Assembly: GCA_963802945.1 (NCBI GenBank) | Contig: CAWDKY010000016.1 | Location: 263,287 to 327,286 of the forward strand | Length of the DNA: 64,000 nt | Reading direction: 5' to 3' | Source: an uncultured delta proteobacterium | GTDB lineage: Bacteria; Desulfobacterota; RBG-13-43-22 | In this document: positions 1-9,260 of the stretch, one piece after another | Numbering within the stretch: the stretch's first letter is position 1 | How the letters are laid out: the number at the start of each line of letters is the position of its first letter | Position numbers and translations under genes: made by a program | The notes under the pieces: generated by a model | Seen by the model: the letters and a program-made list of their open reading frames with translations, nothing else | Told to the model about the DNA's origin: nothing | Database searches by the model: none

Positions 1-189
1 CACCATGATTCGGGTCACTCTAGTCAGGATTTCCTGTTCGGACAAGTCGGGGTTGATTTCAATAATTTCATCTACCTGGCTGGAAATCTGATTCAGAAAA
101 TCAGGGAGTGTTGATTCCTGTAAGGTCGCTGCCAGTTGATTCCAAAATGCATCACTCCGGCAATCCGGTTCTCGGAGTTCCTTTTGCAT
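1..189 (-). CDS. N-terminus of a protein running off the left edge (possibly GAF-type sensor)
   Basis: Manual translation MQKELREPDCRSDAFWNQLAATLQESTLPDFLNQISSQVDEIIEINPDLSEQEILTRVTRIMV is open to base 1 and follows the LUD gene on the same strand. Product is a guess. Confidence 0.5.
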   Translation of the reverse strand, partial: MQKELREPDCRSDAFWNQLAATLQESTLPDFLNQISSQVDEIIEINPDLSEQEILTRVTRIMV

Positions 190-240
190 GGTCTTGATAA
201 GCTTGTGGATAAAATGCCGGATCATCGTTTGCCTGTTCCC

Positions 241-888
241 TCAATATCCCATCGGCTCGCCGACCAATTTGACATGGATTCGGTCCTTGACCATATGGCC
301 TTCAATGATGGACCACATATTACAAATACGGGTGGGAGTCCGGCAGTCGGAGCACAGACCGGTTTTGACACAAGGATTGGACAGGCCGTAGCGGATATTA
401 TTCAGGGGGGCGGCGTGATGTTTGACCCGTTTTAAAGCCGCATCCAAATCCGGGGCCACCTTATTCATTCCCACCATGAGAATAACTTTTTTAGGGCCGA
501 AAGCCATGGCCGCCACCCGGTTTCCCATCCCGTCCAGATTAACCAATATCCCGTCTAAAGTGATGGCATTGGTGCTGGAGATCATGATGTCGGCGAAAAG
601 TCCCTGACGGCGCTGATCCAGACCTTCTTCCGGGGACAACTCCGGCTGGTAAGGATCGATAACTTTTACTCCAGAGATGGCTTTGACCGCCTCCCAAAGG
701 CCGATCTCCACCAGGGAAGTCGAACCGCAGCGATAAACAATGGCACCTTTAGGGATCATTTGGATGACCTCTTCTTTGGCCTGACTGATGGTGGGGGCGA
801 AACTTCCGGCCATCCGTTTTTTCTCCAGTTCGGTAATGATATGCCGGGCGACCATCTCATTATACTTTTCCTGAACCGTTTCCATCAT
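241..888 (-). CDS. LUD-domain (LutC/YkgG-like) protein
   Basis: SSTNAITLDGILVNLDGMGNRVAA, GPKKVILMVGMNKV and C-terminal PCVKTGLCSDC..RICN motifs; 215 aa. Confidence 0.85.
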   Translation of the reverse strand: MMETVQEKYNEMVARHIITELEKKRMAGSFAPTISQAKEEVIQMIPKGAIVYRCGSTSLVEIGLWEAVKAISGVKVIDPYQPELSPEEGLDQRRQGLFADIMISSTNAITLDGILVNLDGMGNRVAAMAFGPKKVILMVGMNKVAPDLDAALKRVKHHAAPLNNIRYGLSNPCVKTGLCSDCRTPTRICNMWSIIEGHMVKDRIHVKLVGEPMGY

Positions 889-1126
889 ATTCTCCTTCCG
901 ATACCTTCCACAGAATTTTTTTATCCCTTTTCATACAAAATCTGTTATTAAAGCATTATTATAAACTAAACATTTCGATGTTCAAGTTTTATCTTTTTCC
1001 AAAGGAATCGTAACCGGAGGAATGACAATCCAATGAGGCTATGGTAGCTGCTGCCAAAGCCAGGGGGTCTATGGAAGAGCCTGAATTGAACAACCATCTT
1101 TTTTTACAGACTAAGGGAAAAGTCCT

Positions 1127-1921
1127 ATGCTGTCTTACCCCAACATCGATCCGGTCTTGATTGCTTTCGGTCCCTTTCAGATCCGCTGGTATGGCATGAT
1201 GTACCTGCTGGGGGCGGTTTTTTCCTATCTTTTGGTCCGTTATCAACTGGCCCGCCAGAAATCCCCGCTGCTGGCCAAAGAACAACTGCCGGACCTTTAC
1301 TTCTATCTGGTCCTGAGTTTGATCCTTGGGGCGCGCTTGGGATATGTCCTCTTCTACAACTTCAGAGAGTATCTTCAGCATCCCCTGGAACTGGTGGCCG
1401 TCTGGCACGGCGGGATGTCCTTTCATGGGGGTTTGGCAGGACTATTCCTGGCCGGTTGGTGGTATTGCCGGAAAAACAAGATTGCTTTTTTGGACTTGGG
1501 AGATCTGATTATTGTTACGGCTCCGATCGGCTTAGGGTTGGGAAGGCTGGCCAATTTTATCAATGGAGAACTTTACGGGCGCATCACCTCTTTTCCCTGG
1601 GGTATGGTCTTTCCTTATGGTGGCCCCTTCCCCCGCCACCCGTCACAGCTTTATGAGGCCATCCTGGAAGGGGGGTTGCTTTTTGGCCTGCTCTGGCTTT
1701 GGAGAAATAAAAAAACTTTCTCCGGGGCCATAGTTGTGCGGTTTTTAATCCTGTACGGTGCGTTTCGAATTTTGGTCGAATTTTTCCGTGAACCGGATGT
1801 CCAGGTAGGTTTTCTTTGGGGATTTTTAACCATGGGTCAGTTACTCAGTTGCTTGATGATCTTAGTGGGATTTTTTTTATTTTTCAGCCGAAGGTTTAAT
1901 AAAAAGCACATCGGCTTGTAG
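1127..1921 (+). CDS. lgt: prolipoprotein diacylglyceryl transferase
   Basis: IRWYG, GARLGYV, GGMSFHGG, GRLANFINGELYG, RHPSQLYE, EFFREPD motifs. Confidence 0.97.
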   Translation: MLSYPNIDPVLIAFGPFQIRWYGMMYLLGAVFSYLLVRYQLARQKSPLLAKEQLPDLYFYLVLSLILGARLGYVLFYNFREYLQHPLELVAVWHGGMSFHGGLAGLFLAGWWYCRKNKIAFLDLGDLIIVTAPIGLGLGRLANFINGELYGRITSFPWGMVFPYGGPFPRHPSQLYEAILEGGLLFGLLWLWRNKKTFSGAIVVRFLILYGAFRILVEFFREPDVQVGFLWGFLTMGQLLSCLMILVGFFLFFSRRFNKKHIGL

Positions 1922-1970
1922 GGATCTCTTTCCTCTAAATAGAAAGAATAGGCTTTTTTAAGAAGGCTTT

Positions 1971-2753
1971 ATGAAAATAATGCGTTTTATTTACCAAGAA
2001 GAAGCGGAGTACGGTGTTGTCACTCAAGACAGCCTCCGGAAGATTGAAGGCTGGCCCTCCGGGTCCTATGCCATATCGGAAGAATTAATTCCTATCAGGG
2101 AGGTGAAAGTCTTGCCTCCCGTGATGCCCAGTAAAGTCGTGGCCATAGGATTGAATTATGCCAAGCACGTGACTGAAGTGAAGCTGGATCGGAACGCCCC
2201 TTCGGCCCCTCTTTTTTTCTTAAAACCCCCCACTTCTATTATCGGTCCGGAGGAAGGGATCATCTATCCTGCAAAAAGCAATGAACTTCATTATGAAGGG
2301 GAACTGGCGGTCATTATAAAAAATCGGACTTGGAAGATACAGCCGGAAGAAGCCCCGGATTTTATCCTGGGGTATACTTGTCTTAATGACGTCACCGCCC
2401 GGGATTGGCAGCGATCGGACGGGCAATGGACCCGAGGAAAGTCTTTTGACACCTTTTGCCCTATCGGCCCGGTCATTGCTTTGGACATCAAAAATTCGAA
2501 TGCCCTAAAAATTGAAACCCGGCTAAACGGCCAGGTGAAACAGTCCGCCTCCACCGCCGATCTTTTGTTTAAGGTGGAGGATTTGGTCAGCTATATCTCC
2601 CATCATATGACTTTACTGCCGGGAGATATCATCGCCACCGGAACCCCGGAAGGGGTTGGCCCGATGAAGGTCGGGGATACGGTTGAGGTGGAGATTGAAG
2701 AGATCGGGGTCTTGCGCAATCATGTGATCGAGGAAAGAGAGAAAGAATGCTGA
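1971..2753 (+). CDS. fumarylacetoacetate hydrolase family protein
   Basis: IGLNY, FLKP, HYEGEL, NDVTARDWQ, GKSFDTFCPIGP, TLLPGDIIATGTPEGVG. Confidence 0.93.
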   Translation: MKIMRFIYQEEAEYGVVTQDSLRKIEGWPSGSYAISEELIPIREVKVLPPVMPSKVVAIGLNYAKHVTEVKLDRNAPSAPLFFLKPPTSIIGPEEGIIYPAKSNELHYEGELAVIIKNRTWKIQPEEAPDFILGYTCLNDVTARDWQRSDGQWTRGKSFDTFCPIGPVIALDIKNSNALKIETRLNGQVKQSASTADLLFKVEDLVSYISHHMTLLPGDIIATGTPEGVGPMKVGDTVEVEIEEIGVLRNHVIEEREKEC

Positions 2754-2893
2754 TCATTGATATTATGACAAAGAAACGCTGCTTGCGCAATACACACATT
2801 CCCCTCGGCGAAAATCGGCACCCTTGAAAAACTAAGGGTGAAACATCCCCGTTTCTAATTCTTCTAGTTTATGTATTTTCTCTAGATTTCAGG

Positions 2894-2936
2894 AAAAAAA
2901 CAACAGGCACTTATTCCCTTGAATAAATGTCTGTTG
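2894..2936 (-). terminator. intrinsic terminator downstream of tRNA-Arg
   Basis: 16-bp stem caacaggcacttattc/gaataaatgtctgttg (two imperfect pairs), followed by a U-run on the minus strand. Confidence 0.7.
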
Positions 2937-2947
2937 CCCATTTTAAT

Positions 2948-3023
2948 TGGCGCGCCCAGGGTGATTCGAACACCCGACCTACGGATTCGTAGTCCGGCGC
3001 TCTATCCACTGAGCTATGGGCGC
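2948..3023 (-). tRNA. tRNA-Arg(ACG)
   Basis: Reverse complement folds as GCGCCCA acceptor, D arm AGCTCAGTGGATAGAGC, anticodon loop CT-ACG-AA, T arm GGGTG-TTCGAAT-CACCC and encoded CCA; 76 nt. Confidence 0.97.
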
Positions 3024-3094
3024 GTTACAGAAGGTATAAACCGAAAGGATGGACCTGTCAACCCTATTCGGGATTGAAATATTTCCCCAACAAC

Positions 3095-3733
3095 CTAAGA
3101 CCAGGAGCTTGTTAAAAAGGTATCCACATCTTCAAAAATGATCGCACCTTTTTCTTTGATTTCTGCCAGGGCCTGGGCCGAGGTTGCCGGGTCGACCCCC
3201 CGGCACAGATTTTGAACCACACTTATCTTATAGCCTCTGGCCAATCCATCCAGGGCGGTCCAGAGGACACAGTAATCCGTGGCAATTCCGAAAATAATTA
3301 AATGGTCGATTTCCCATTGCTTCAAAATTCTATTTAATTCCGTTTCCTGTCCTCCGTCGTCCTGAAAACAGGAGTAACTGTCGAATCGGTAGTCTTGGCC
3401 TTTTCGGACAACAGCTTCAAATAAATGTGGATGCAACAACAATTCCGCATTGGAGGTTCCCTGAACACAATGGGGGGGCCAGAGAACTTGTTCTTTCCCT
3501 TGTAAAACAATTTTGTCAAAAACCTTTTTCCCGGGATGATTGGTATAAAAGGAGATATGGTTGGCAGGGTGCCAGTCCTGAGAGGCCCAGAGAGGAATTC
3601 CCCGGCCTTTGATTTGATCAATCGCCTTGTTGATTTTGTGCAGATAGTCCAATCCGGTTGCCGGTACGGCCAGAGCACCGGTCATCAGGTGTGTAAAATC
3701 TCCCTGAATATCAACCACAATGGCTCCGTTCAT
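3095..3733 (-). CDS. pncA: nicotinamidase/pyrazinamidase (isochorismatase family)
   Basis: VDIQGDF, QDWHP..H.SF, LWPPHCVQG, KG..DSYS.F, GIATDYCV. Confidence 0.9.
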   Translation of the reverse strand: MNGAIVVDIQGDFTHLMTGALAVPATGLDYLHKINKAIDQIKGRGIPLWASQDWHPANHISFYTNHPGKKVFDKIVLQGKEQVLWPPHCVQGTSNAELLLHPHLFEAVVRKGQDYRFDSYSCFQDDGGQETELNRILKQWEIDHLIIFGIATDYCVLWTALDGLARGYKISVVQNLCRGVDPATSAQALAEIKEKGAIIFEDVDTFLTSSWS

Positions 3734-3831
3734 TCTTTTCCCCTTGAGGGTTTCAAATGGTCTTGTCCTACTTGTATCTTCATTTTTGATTCATATTATA
3801 CCAAATAGGCCAAGGGATCACCAATCTTTTA

Positions 3832-3955
3832 ACGAAAAAAAATTCAAGAATCCAGAATCCAGGAGCCAGAATTCAGAATAAAAACTTTTAATCGCTTGAT
3901 TCAAAGGTTTATTTTCATATTTCGTAGCGTAGTGCTTTATAGAGTATGAGAGTTA
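3832..3955 (-). repeat. ~120-bp dispersed element, copy 1 (hairpin/CACGAAAYATGAAA module plus TTCTGGA heptamer array)
   Basis: Reverse complement aligns by eye with 9138-9260 and 62464-62576. Confidence 0.8.
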
Positions 3956-3966
3956 AAAACAGAAAC

Positions 3967-4034
3967 AGAGTTCGAAGATTCAAGGATTCGAGGTTTCAAT
4001 CCCGCCAGAGGCGGGACTTGGCCCCTTGAATCCT
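3967..4034. repeat. 8-mer (GGATTCRA) array with internal hairpin and partial inverted copy
   Basis: gagttcgaagattcaaggattcgaggtttcaa, then the tcccgcc-aga-ggcggga hairpin, then ccccttgaatcct. Confidence 0.65.
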
Positions 4035-4125
4035 TTTCTTTTACCTTTTGTTTTTTCTTGACTTATTTTGGTGGGCTGGTTAAGAGGTTAAGTGTTGCTA
4101 TTCTTATAGTACTTAAAATAAGGAC

Positions 4126-4902
4126 ATGGTAATAACTCGCTTCTTTTTCGTTATCGGTCGTATGGCCTTGGCCTTCCTGTCGGAGCTGGGAGGGATTTTA
4201 CTTATGTTCTTCCGGACCCTAGCCTGGACTTTTATTCCACCCTTTCGCCTGAGAAATTTAATCAAACAGATGGAATTTATCGGGGTCAAATCCCTCTTTA
4301 TTGTCGTCCTGACCGGGACTTTTACCGGAATGGTCTTGGCCCTTCAGAGCTATCACGGCTTCAGAATGTTCGGCGGTGAAAGCCTGATGGGAGGGATTGT
4401 GGCCTTATCCATGGCCCGAGAGATGGGACCGGTGATGACCGCCCTGATGGTCAATGCCCGGGCCGGTTCGGCCATTGCCGCGGAATTAGGGAGCATGCGG
4501 GTTACCGAGCAGATCGACGCCCTGCAAATGATGGCCATCAATCCGGTCCAGTATCTTTTTGTCCCCAGGATTTGGGCCGGGGTCCTGATGCTGCCCCTGC
4601 TTACGGCCATCAATATCTTTGTAGGTATTATAGGCGGCTATTTTGTCGGAGTTGTCCTGTTAAAAATCAATTCGGGTGTGTATCTGACAAAGACGATCAA
4701 TATGATGGAGATGGCCGACCTAGTGCAGGGGATAGTCAAATCGGTCTTCTTTGGACTGATACTCACCCTGATTAGTTGTTATAAGGGATACAACACTTCC
4801 GGTGGTGCCGAAGGAGTCGGCCAGGCCACCACCGAAGCCGTAGTCATCTCTTCGGTCTGTATTTTGATCGGGACTTACGTGTTAACTTCTTTATTTTTTT
4901 GA
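4126..4902 (+). CDS. mlaE: MlaE-family MCE ABC permease
   Basis: REMGPVMTALMVNARAGSAIAAELGSMRVTEQIDAL and GGAEGVGQATTEAVV. Confidence 0.95.
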   Translation: MVITRFFFVIGRMALAFLSELGGILLMFFRTLAWTFIPPFRLRNLIKQMEFIGVKSLFIVVLTGTFTGMVLALQSYHGFRMFGGESLMGGIVALSMAREMGPVMTALMVNARAGSAIAAELGSMRVTEQIDALQMMAINPVQYLFVPRIWAGVLMLPLLTAINIFVGIIGGYFVGVVLLKINSGVYLTKTINMMEMADLVQGIVKSVFFGLILTLISCYKGYNTSGGAEGVGQATTEAVVISSVCILIGTYVLTSLFF

Positions 4903-4924
4903 AAACCATAAACCCTATGGAATG

Positions 4925-5007
4925 GAATCCAGAATTCAGGACCCGGAATACAGAAAGGGAATGGTTCTGTCTTTAATCCTGCTCCTGGCTTCTGACTCCT
5001 GGCGACT
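4925..5007. repeat. inverted pair of heptamer arrays between mlaE and mlaF
   Basis: gaatccagaattcaggacccggaatacagaa ... ctcctggcttctgactcctggcgact. Confidence 0.75.
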
Positions 5008-5014
5008 ATCTTTT

Positions 5015-5755
5015 ATGATCCGTTTAGTCAATATCAATAAATCTTTCAGAAGTCAGCAGGTCTTGCGGGATCTGAACCTGATCATTCCCTCCGGACAGAC
5101 GACCGTGATTATCGGCCGTAGTGGCGGAGGGAAGAGTGTTTTGCTTAAACATATTATGGGACTGATGCGGCCGGATAGCGGTGAAGTCTGGATCGACGAT
5201 GAGGAAATCAACCGCTTAAACCAAAGGAACCTTTACCGGGTCCGCAAGCGGTTCGGGATGCTCTTTCAGGAGGGAGCCCTATTTGATTCCATGTCCGTGG
5301 GAGAAAATGTGGCTTTTCCTATTCGGGAACATAAAAAATTGACCCCTTCTGAAATTGAAAAATTGGTTTCTGAAAAATTGGCCCTGGTGGGTTTGCGGGA
5401 TATTGAAGATAAGATGCCGTCGGAATTGAGCGGTGGCATGCGTAAGAGGGTGGCCCTGGCCCGGGCCATTGCCCTGGATCCGGATATCCTGCTGTTTGAT
5501 GAGCCGACTACGGGACTGGACCCGATCATGACCGCCGCCATAGATCAGTTAATTGTTGAGACCCAAAAGCGATTTCAAATGACCTGTGTGGTCATCAGTC
5601 ATGATATCCAGAGCGTCTTCCGAATCGCCCATAACATTTTTATGCTCTATGAAGGAAAGATCATCGAAGGAGGGACCCCGGAGATCTTTCGCCAGTCCAC
5701 CAATAAAATTATTCAGGATTTTTTATTGGGCCGAATCTCGGAGAATTTAATCTAA
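5015..5755 (+). CDS. mlaF: MlaF-family ABC ATPase
   Basis: Walker A GRSGGGKS, LSGGMRKRVALARA, DEPTTGLDP. Start placed at MIRLVN because the upstream extension is repeat-derived. Confidence 0.93.
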   Translation: MIRLVNINKSFRSQQVLRDLNLIIPSGQTTVIIGRSGGGKSVLLKHIMGLMRPDSGEVWIDDEEINRLNQRNLYRVRKRFGMLFQEGALFDSMSVGENVAFPIREHKKLTPSEIEKLVSEKLALVGLRDIEDKMPSELSGGMRKRVALARAIALDPDILLFDEPTTGLDPIMTAAIDQLIVETQKRFQMTCVVISHDIQSVFRIAHNIFMLYEGKIIEGGTPEIFRQSTNKIIQDFLLGRISENLI

Positions 5756-5773
5756 AGGCCCAGAGGAGGTCTC

Positions 5774-6814
5774 ATGGAAAAAAAAGGAGTGAGCACTGAA
5801 GTTAAAGTAGGTATTTTTGTCTTTCTCGGGTTGATTGTTCTCGGTTACATGACCCTGAAGGTTGAAAAATTTAAGTTAAAAACACAGAAAGGTTACGAAA
5901 TAGCCGCCTTCTTTGACTCGGTTTCAGGTTTGGTCGAAGGCGGTGCGGTCCAGATCGCCGGGATCGAGGTGGGCCGGGTGAAAGATATCCGTCTGACCGG
6001 CAGACAAGCCAAGGTAACCATGACGATTCGCAAAGAGATCCCGATCTATTCCGGTGCCCAGGCGAGTCTTAAAACAATGGGGGTTCTGGGAGATACCTAT
6101 GTCGAGATTAAACCGGGAAACGATAAGACCCCACGTCTCCTGGCTGGAGGAGTGATTCAGGAATCCTTTTCCCCTATAGAGCTGGGCGAAATTCTGTCTA
6201 GAGCCATGCCGGTGGTGGATAATATTCGTTCGGTGACAAAAACCTTAAGCGATGTCATCGGTACGGAAGCCGGTAAAACTGATCTCAAAGGTACGTTTGA
6301 TAATTTCCATAAAGCAACGGATGATATTCGGAGCATGACGGCGGGACTTTCCCGTGGGGAAGGAACCATGGGAAAACTAATACGGGACGACACCCTTTAC
6401 AAAGATATGAAAACCACCATGACCGGACTGAAGGATACCATGGCCCAGATTAATGAAGGCAAGGGGAGTCTTGGAAAGCTGATTAAAGATCAGGATTTTT
6501 ATGATGAAACCAAAAAGACCCTGACCAGTCTGCAAAAAGTGGCTGGGAAAATCGAATCCGGGGAAGGGTCCCTTGGGAAATTGGTCAATGACGACTCTCT
6601 GTACAAAGAGGCCAAGGAAACCGTTGCCAGTTTGAATCAAACGGCCAACAAGATCAATCAGGGGGAAGGGACCATTGGGAAATTAATCAATGACGACTCC
6701 TTGCACAAAGAGATCAAATACACCCTGCGAAGCGTGAACAAGGCCATGGAAGGACTTTCCGAGGAGGTCCCGGTGAGTATTCTGGGAACGATTATTGGGG
6801 TGATCATTAAATAA
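5774..6814 (+). CDS. mlaD: MCE/MlaD protein with long repetitive helical tail
   Basis: N-terminal TM helix, MCE domain (FDSVSGL..G..V.IAGIEVGRV, GVLGDTYVEI), four GxG[TS]xGKL..D...[YH] repeats; GGAGG RBS. Confidence 0.92.
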   Translation: MEKKGVSTEVKVGIFVFLGLIVLGYMTLKVEKFKLKTQKGYEIAAFFDSVSGLVEGGAVQIAGIEVGRVKDIRLTGRQAKVTMTIRKEIPIYSGAQASLKTMGVLGDTYVEIKPGNDKTPRLLAGGVIQESFSPIELGEILSRAMPVVDNIRSVTKTLSDVIGTEAGKTDLKGTFDNFHKATDDIRSMTAGLSRGEGTMGKLIRDDTLYKDMKTTMTGLKDTMAQINEGKGSLGKLIKDQDFYDETKKTLTSLQKVAGKIESGEGSLGKLVNDDSLYKEAKETVASLNQTANKINQGEGTIGKLINDDSLHKEIKYTLRSVNKAMEGLSEEVPVSILGTIIGVIIK

Positions 6815-6818
6815 GAAA

Positions 6819-6954
6819 GGGGTCGAGGATTCGAGGGTTCAAGGATTCAAGTGAACAAGATGATTAAGATCGGACTCAAGTTCGTTCAACGGGGCTGGGT
6901 CAGCGGAAAACCACGAAAATCGAATTCCAAGCTCCGAACTCTGAACTCCGAACT
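6819..6954. repeat. 8-mer array (GGATTCGA) and 7-mer array (ACTCCGA) after mlaD
   Basis: ggggtcgaggattcgagggttcaaggattcaagtgaa at 6819-6855; gctccgaactctgaactccgaact at about 6931-6954. Confidence 0.7.
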
Positions 6955-8458
6955 GAAAAAACAACAGATTTCTTCCATCGCTGGATATTTTCCCATAGTA
7001 TTGTTTCTACTTTCTCTGCTATGCTTCCCCGTCGGCTGTGCCCATCTTTCTTCCGACCTGGGGCCGGAAAACGTCGCCCCTTTTTTTCACATCCAAACCG
7101 ATCCGGAAAAACAGAGCCGCCGTCTGGATGCGGGCGGGCCTTTTTACTCCCAGGCGGAAGGCCCGGAAGAACGGGAATGGACGTTACGCCCTTTTTTTTC
7201 CTATAGAGAAAATCTAAAAGAACAAACTGAAGAACTGGAATATTTATACCCTATCGGCTGGTACAAAAAGACACCCGAAGGAACACTGAAGCGCCTCATT
7301 CCTTTTTTCTCTTCTTTTAAATCGGCGCCGGACCAAGAGGAAGAAGGGAAGGAAGAGCATACCGATCTTTTTCTGGTTTTTTGGGGAAAAGATAAGGCCG
7401 GGGAATCTTACGGCGGAGTGTTTCCTTTCGGAGGTTTATTTAAAGACCGGTTTGATCGGGATGAAATCCAGTTTGTGCTTTGGCCCCTTTACACCCGGAT
7501 CCGGGAAGGGGAAACACAAACGTACAATATCCTCTGGCCGATTTTTTCCCTGACTTCGGGAGGAATGCGTAGCGGATTTCGGATTTGGCCTTTTTATGGG
7601 CAGGAGAAACAAGAAGGGGAAGGGGCTTATCAAAAAATATTTTTTCTTTGGCCCCTCGGTCTTTATCAGCAAAGATATCTCGACACCGATCATCCAAAGA
7701 CCTATTTTTATATTCTCCCTTTTTATCTTTCCGAGCGGAGTCCCAACGAAAATAAAAAGATTTTTCTCTGGCCTTTTTTTAATTTTTACTTCGAAAAACA
7801 TTTTAACTACTTTCAGGTAGATTTCCCCTGGCCGATCTTTCAATATGCCCGGGGTGAAAAGGCTGAGGCCTTTAAGCTCTGGCCCATAATAACCTACCGT
7901 AAAGTGGATGACCGGGAGAGGATGTACTTCCTCTGGCCTCTGTTTTATCAGGAAAAAGAAGAAAATGACGAAAAAGACGAGGTTTTGAATCTATTTCTTT
8001 ATGTCATCAAATTCCATCAGGTCTATTATAAACAAGAGGACCGCTGGGAAAGGGTTTCCAAGTTTTGGCCCTTCTTTCGCCACGCCGAAGACGGAAGAGG
8101 GATGGTCCATTTTTATTTCCCGGCCCTAATGCCGGCCGATTGGGAAGGGCTTGAGCGGCATTACGGGATGCTTTTCCGGGTCTTTGAATACTACCAGGAC
8201 GGGAAAGGCAAAGAGGTTTCCAAATTTCTTTGGGGTTTGTATTATCACCAGAAACAAAAAGACCTGAATAGGATCGACGTCGGTTTCCTCTTCAATTATC
8301 AAAAAGAGAAAGAGACGGTCCAACTCTCTTTTTTGAAAGGATTGTTGGGGTATCGCCGAGACGGACCCAAACGCCAATTGAAGATTTTTTATTTCCCTAT
8401 TTCCTGGGAAGAGAGGGAAGAGACTGAGAAATCACCCGTGTCCCCTCCGGGGGGATGA
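6851..8458 (+). CDS. uncharacterised aromatic-rich WP-repeat protein, putative lipoprotein/outer-membrane partner of the MCE system
   Basis: 535-aa ORF with a hydrophobic stretch ending FPVGC (lipobox-like) and nine WP motifs, mostly 15-20 aa apart. True start uncertain. Confidence 0.75.
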   Translation: MNKMIKIGLKFVQRGWVSGKPRKSNSKLRTLNSELKKQQISSIAGYFPIVLFLLSLLCFPVGCAHLSSDLGPENVAPFFHIQTDPEKQSRRLDAGGPFYSQAEGPEEREWTLRPFFSYRENLKEQTEELEYLYPIGWYKKTPEGTLKRLIPFFSSFKSAPDQEEEGKEEHTDLFLVFWGKDKAGESYGGVFPFGGLFKDRFDRDEIQFVLWPLYTRIREGETQTYNILWPIFSLTSGGMRSGFRIWPFYGQEKQEGEGAYQKIFFLWPLGLYQQRYLDTDHPKTYFYILPFYLSERSPNENKKIFLWPFFNFYFEKHFNYFQVDFPWPIFQYARGEKAEAFKLWPIITYRKVDDRERMYFLWPLFYQEKEENDEKDEVLNLFLYVIKFHQVYYKQEDRWERVSKFWPFFRHAEDGRGMVHFYFPALMPADWEGLERHYGMLFRVFEYYQDGKGKEVSKFLWGLYYHQKQKDLNRIDVGFLFNYQKEKETVQLSFLKGLLGYRRDGPKRQLKIFYFPISWEEREETEKSPVSPPGG

Positions 8459-9107
8459 ATTCAAAGCGACTCCCGGCTAAGGGCACTTTGGTCTCCACCC
8501 GGCTGAAACGAAACCTGGTCCCGTCTCCCATCAGGTTTTCAAACGTAAATTCCAGGGGAAGGAAGGTTGTTTTGGATATACGGACCATGATTTGCTGTAA
8601 ATCCGGCTGAGGGTTTTTGGGTTTTAACAGCAACTGGTGAAAAGGGGCTTCCTCCGAAATCGTGGCATTCAACCGAACCGAGAAATTTTTTTCCAAGCCT
8701 CCCAAACCGGAGAGGAAATCGATGATCGGTTTGATCTGCAGATAATAATCTTTAAGCCGATACACATTAACCGCCTTTTCCTCGGGTTGATACCACCAGA
8801 CCTTGTCGCCGTTACAGATCAATTGCTCGGGCCGGGGTTTTTTCTGATCCAGGCGGAGTTTGTTCGGAGAAAGGAACGAAAGCTGTCCCTCGGCCTGTAG
8901 GGATGAGGAAGGCAGCTTGGAAGCAATTTTAGGCACAATTTCCCGGATATAATCGGCCTGAAAGGTCTTGGTAGCGGCAAAACGGTCTTTTAATTGAGAC
9001 AGGATAAAGTTCAAATCCTCTCCCGGCTGAGCCTGAACCTGATTCGTCAGACCACACAAGAAGATGCCTATCAAGGCCGGTAATAATTGTTCAACCCGTT
9101 TCATCAA
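8397..9107 (-). CDS. lolA: outer-membrane lipoprotein carrier LolA family protein
   Basis: Signal peptide, TFQADY, GQLSFLSPNKLR, NGDKVWWYQPE and C-terminal FEFIPPEG; directly downstream of ftsK. Confidence 0.88.
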   Translation of the reverse strand: MMKRVEQLLPALIGIFLCGLTNQVQAQPGEDLNFILSQLKDRFAATKTFQADYIREIVPKIASKLPSSSLQAEGQLSFLSPNKLRLDQKKPRPEQLICNGDKVWWYQPEEKAVNVYRLKDYYLQIKPIIDFLSGLGGLEKNFSVRLNATISEEAPFHQLLLKPKNPQPDLQQIMVRISKTTFLPLEFTFENLMGDGTRFRFSRVETKVPLAGSRFEFIPPEGTRVISQSLPSLPRK

Positions 9108-9137
9108 ATATTCCTTTAAAAGATAAGTTTTTCTTTT

Positions 9138-9260
9138 AAAGCCTCACGCCCCTATGGAGTGGGGCACCACGAAACATGAAATAAACTTAGCATAGATCGA
9201 TTAAGAGTTTTATTCTGAATTCTGACTCCTGGATTCTGGATTCTTGATTTTTATTTTCGT
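9138..9260 (+). repeat. ~120-bp dispersed element, copy 2
   Basis: gcctcacgcccctatggagtggggcaccacgaaacatgaaat ... ttaagagttttattctgaattctgactcctggattctggattcttga. Confidence 0.8.

Noticed and set aside
975-1110. Possible riboswitch or ncRNA upstream of lgt (CAAAGCC..GGGTCTA resembles part of c-di-GMP-I)
   Set aside because: The GNRA-capped P2 stem and other conserved elements are not visible; an Rfam search would be needed.
2754-3023. tRNA-Arg as an island integration site
   Set aside because: No integrase nearby and no duplicated tRNA 3' end seen in the window.
4922-5014. N-terminal extension of MlaF (MESRIQDPEYRK...)
   Set aside because: It is a translation of the heptamer arrays; the family-typical start is at 5015.
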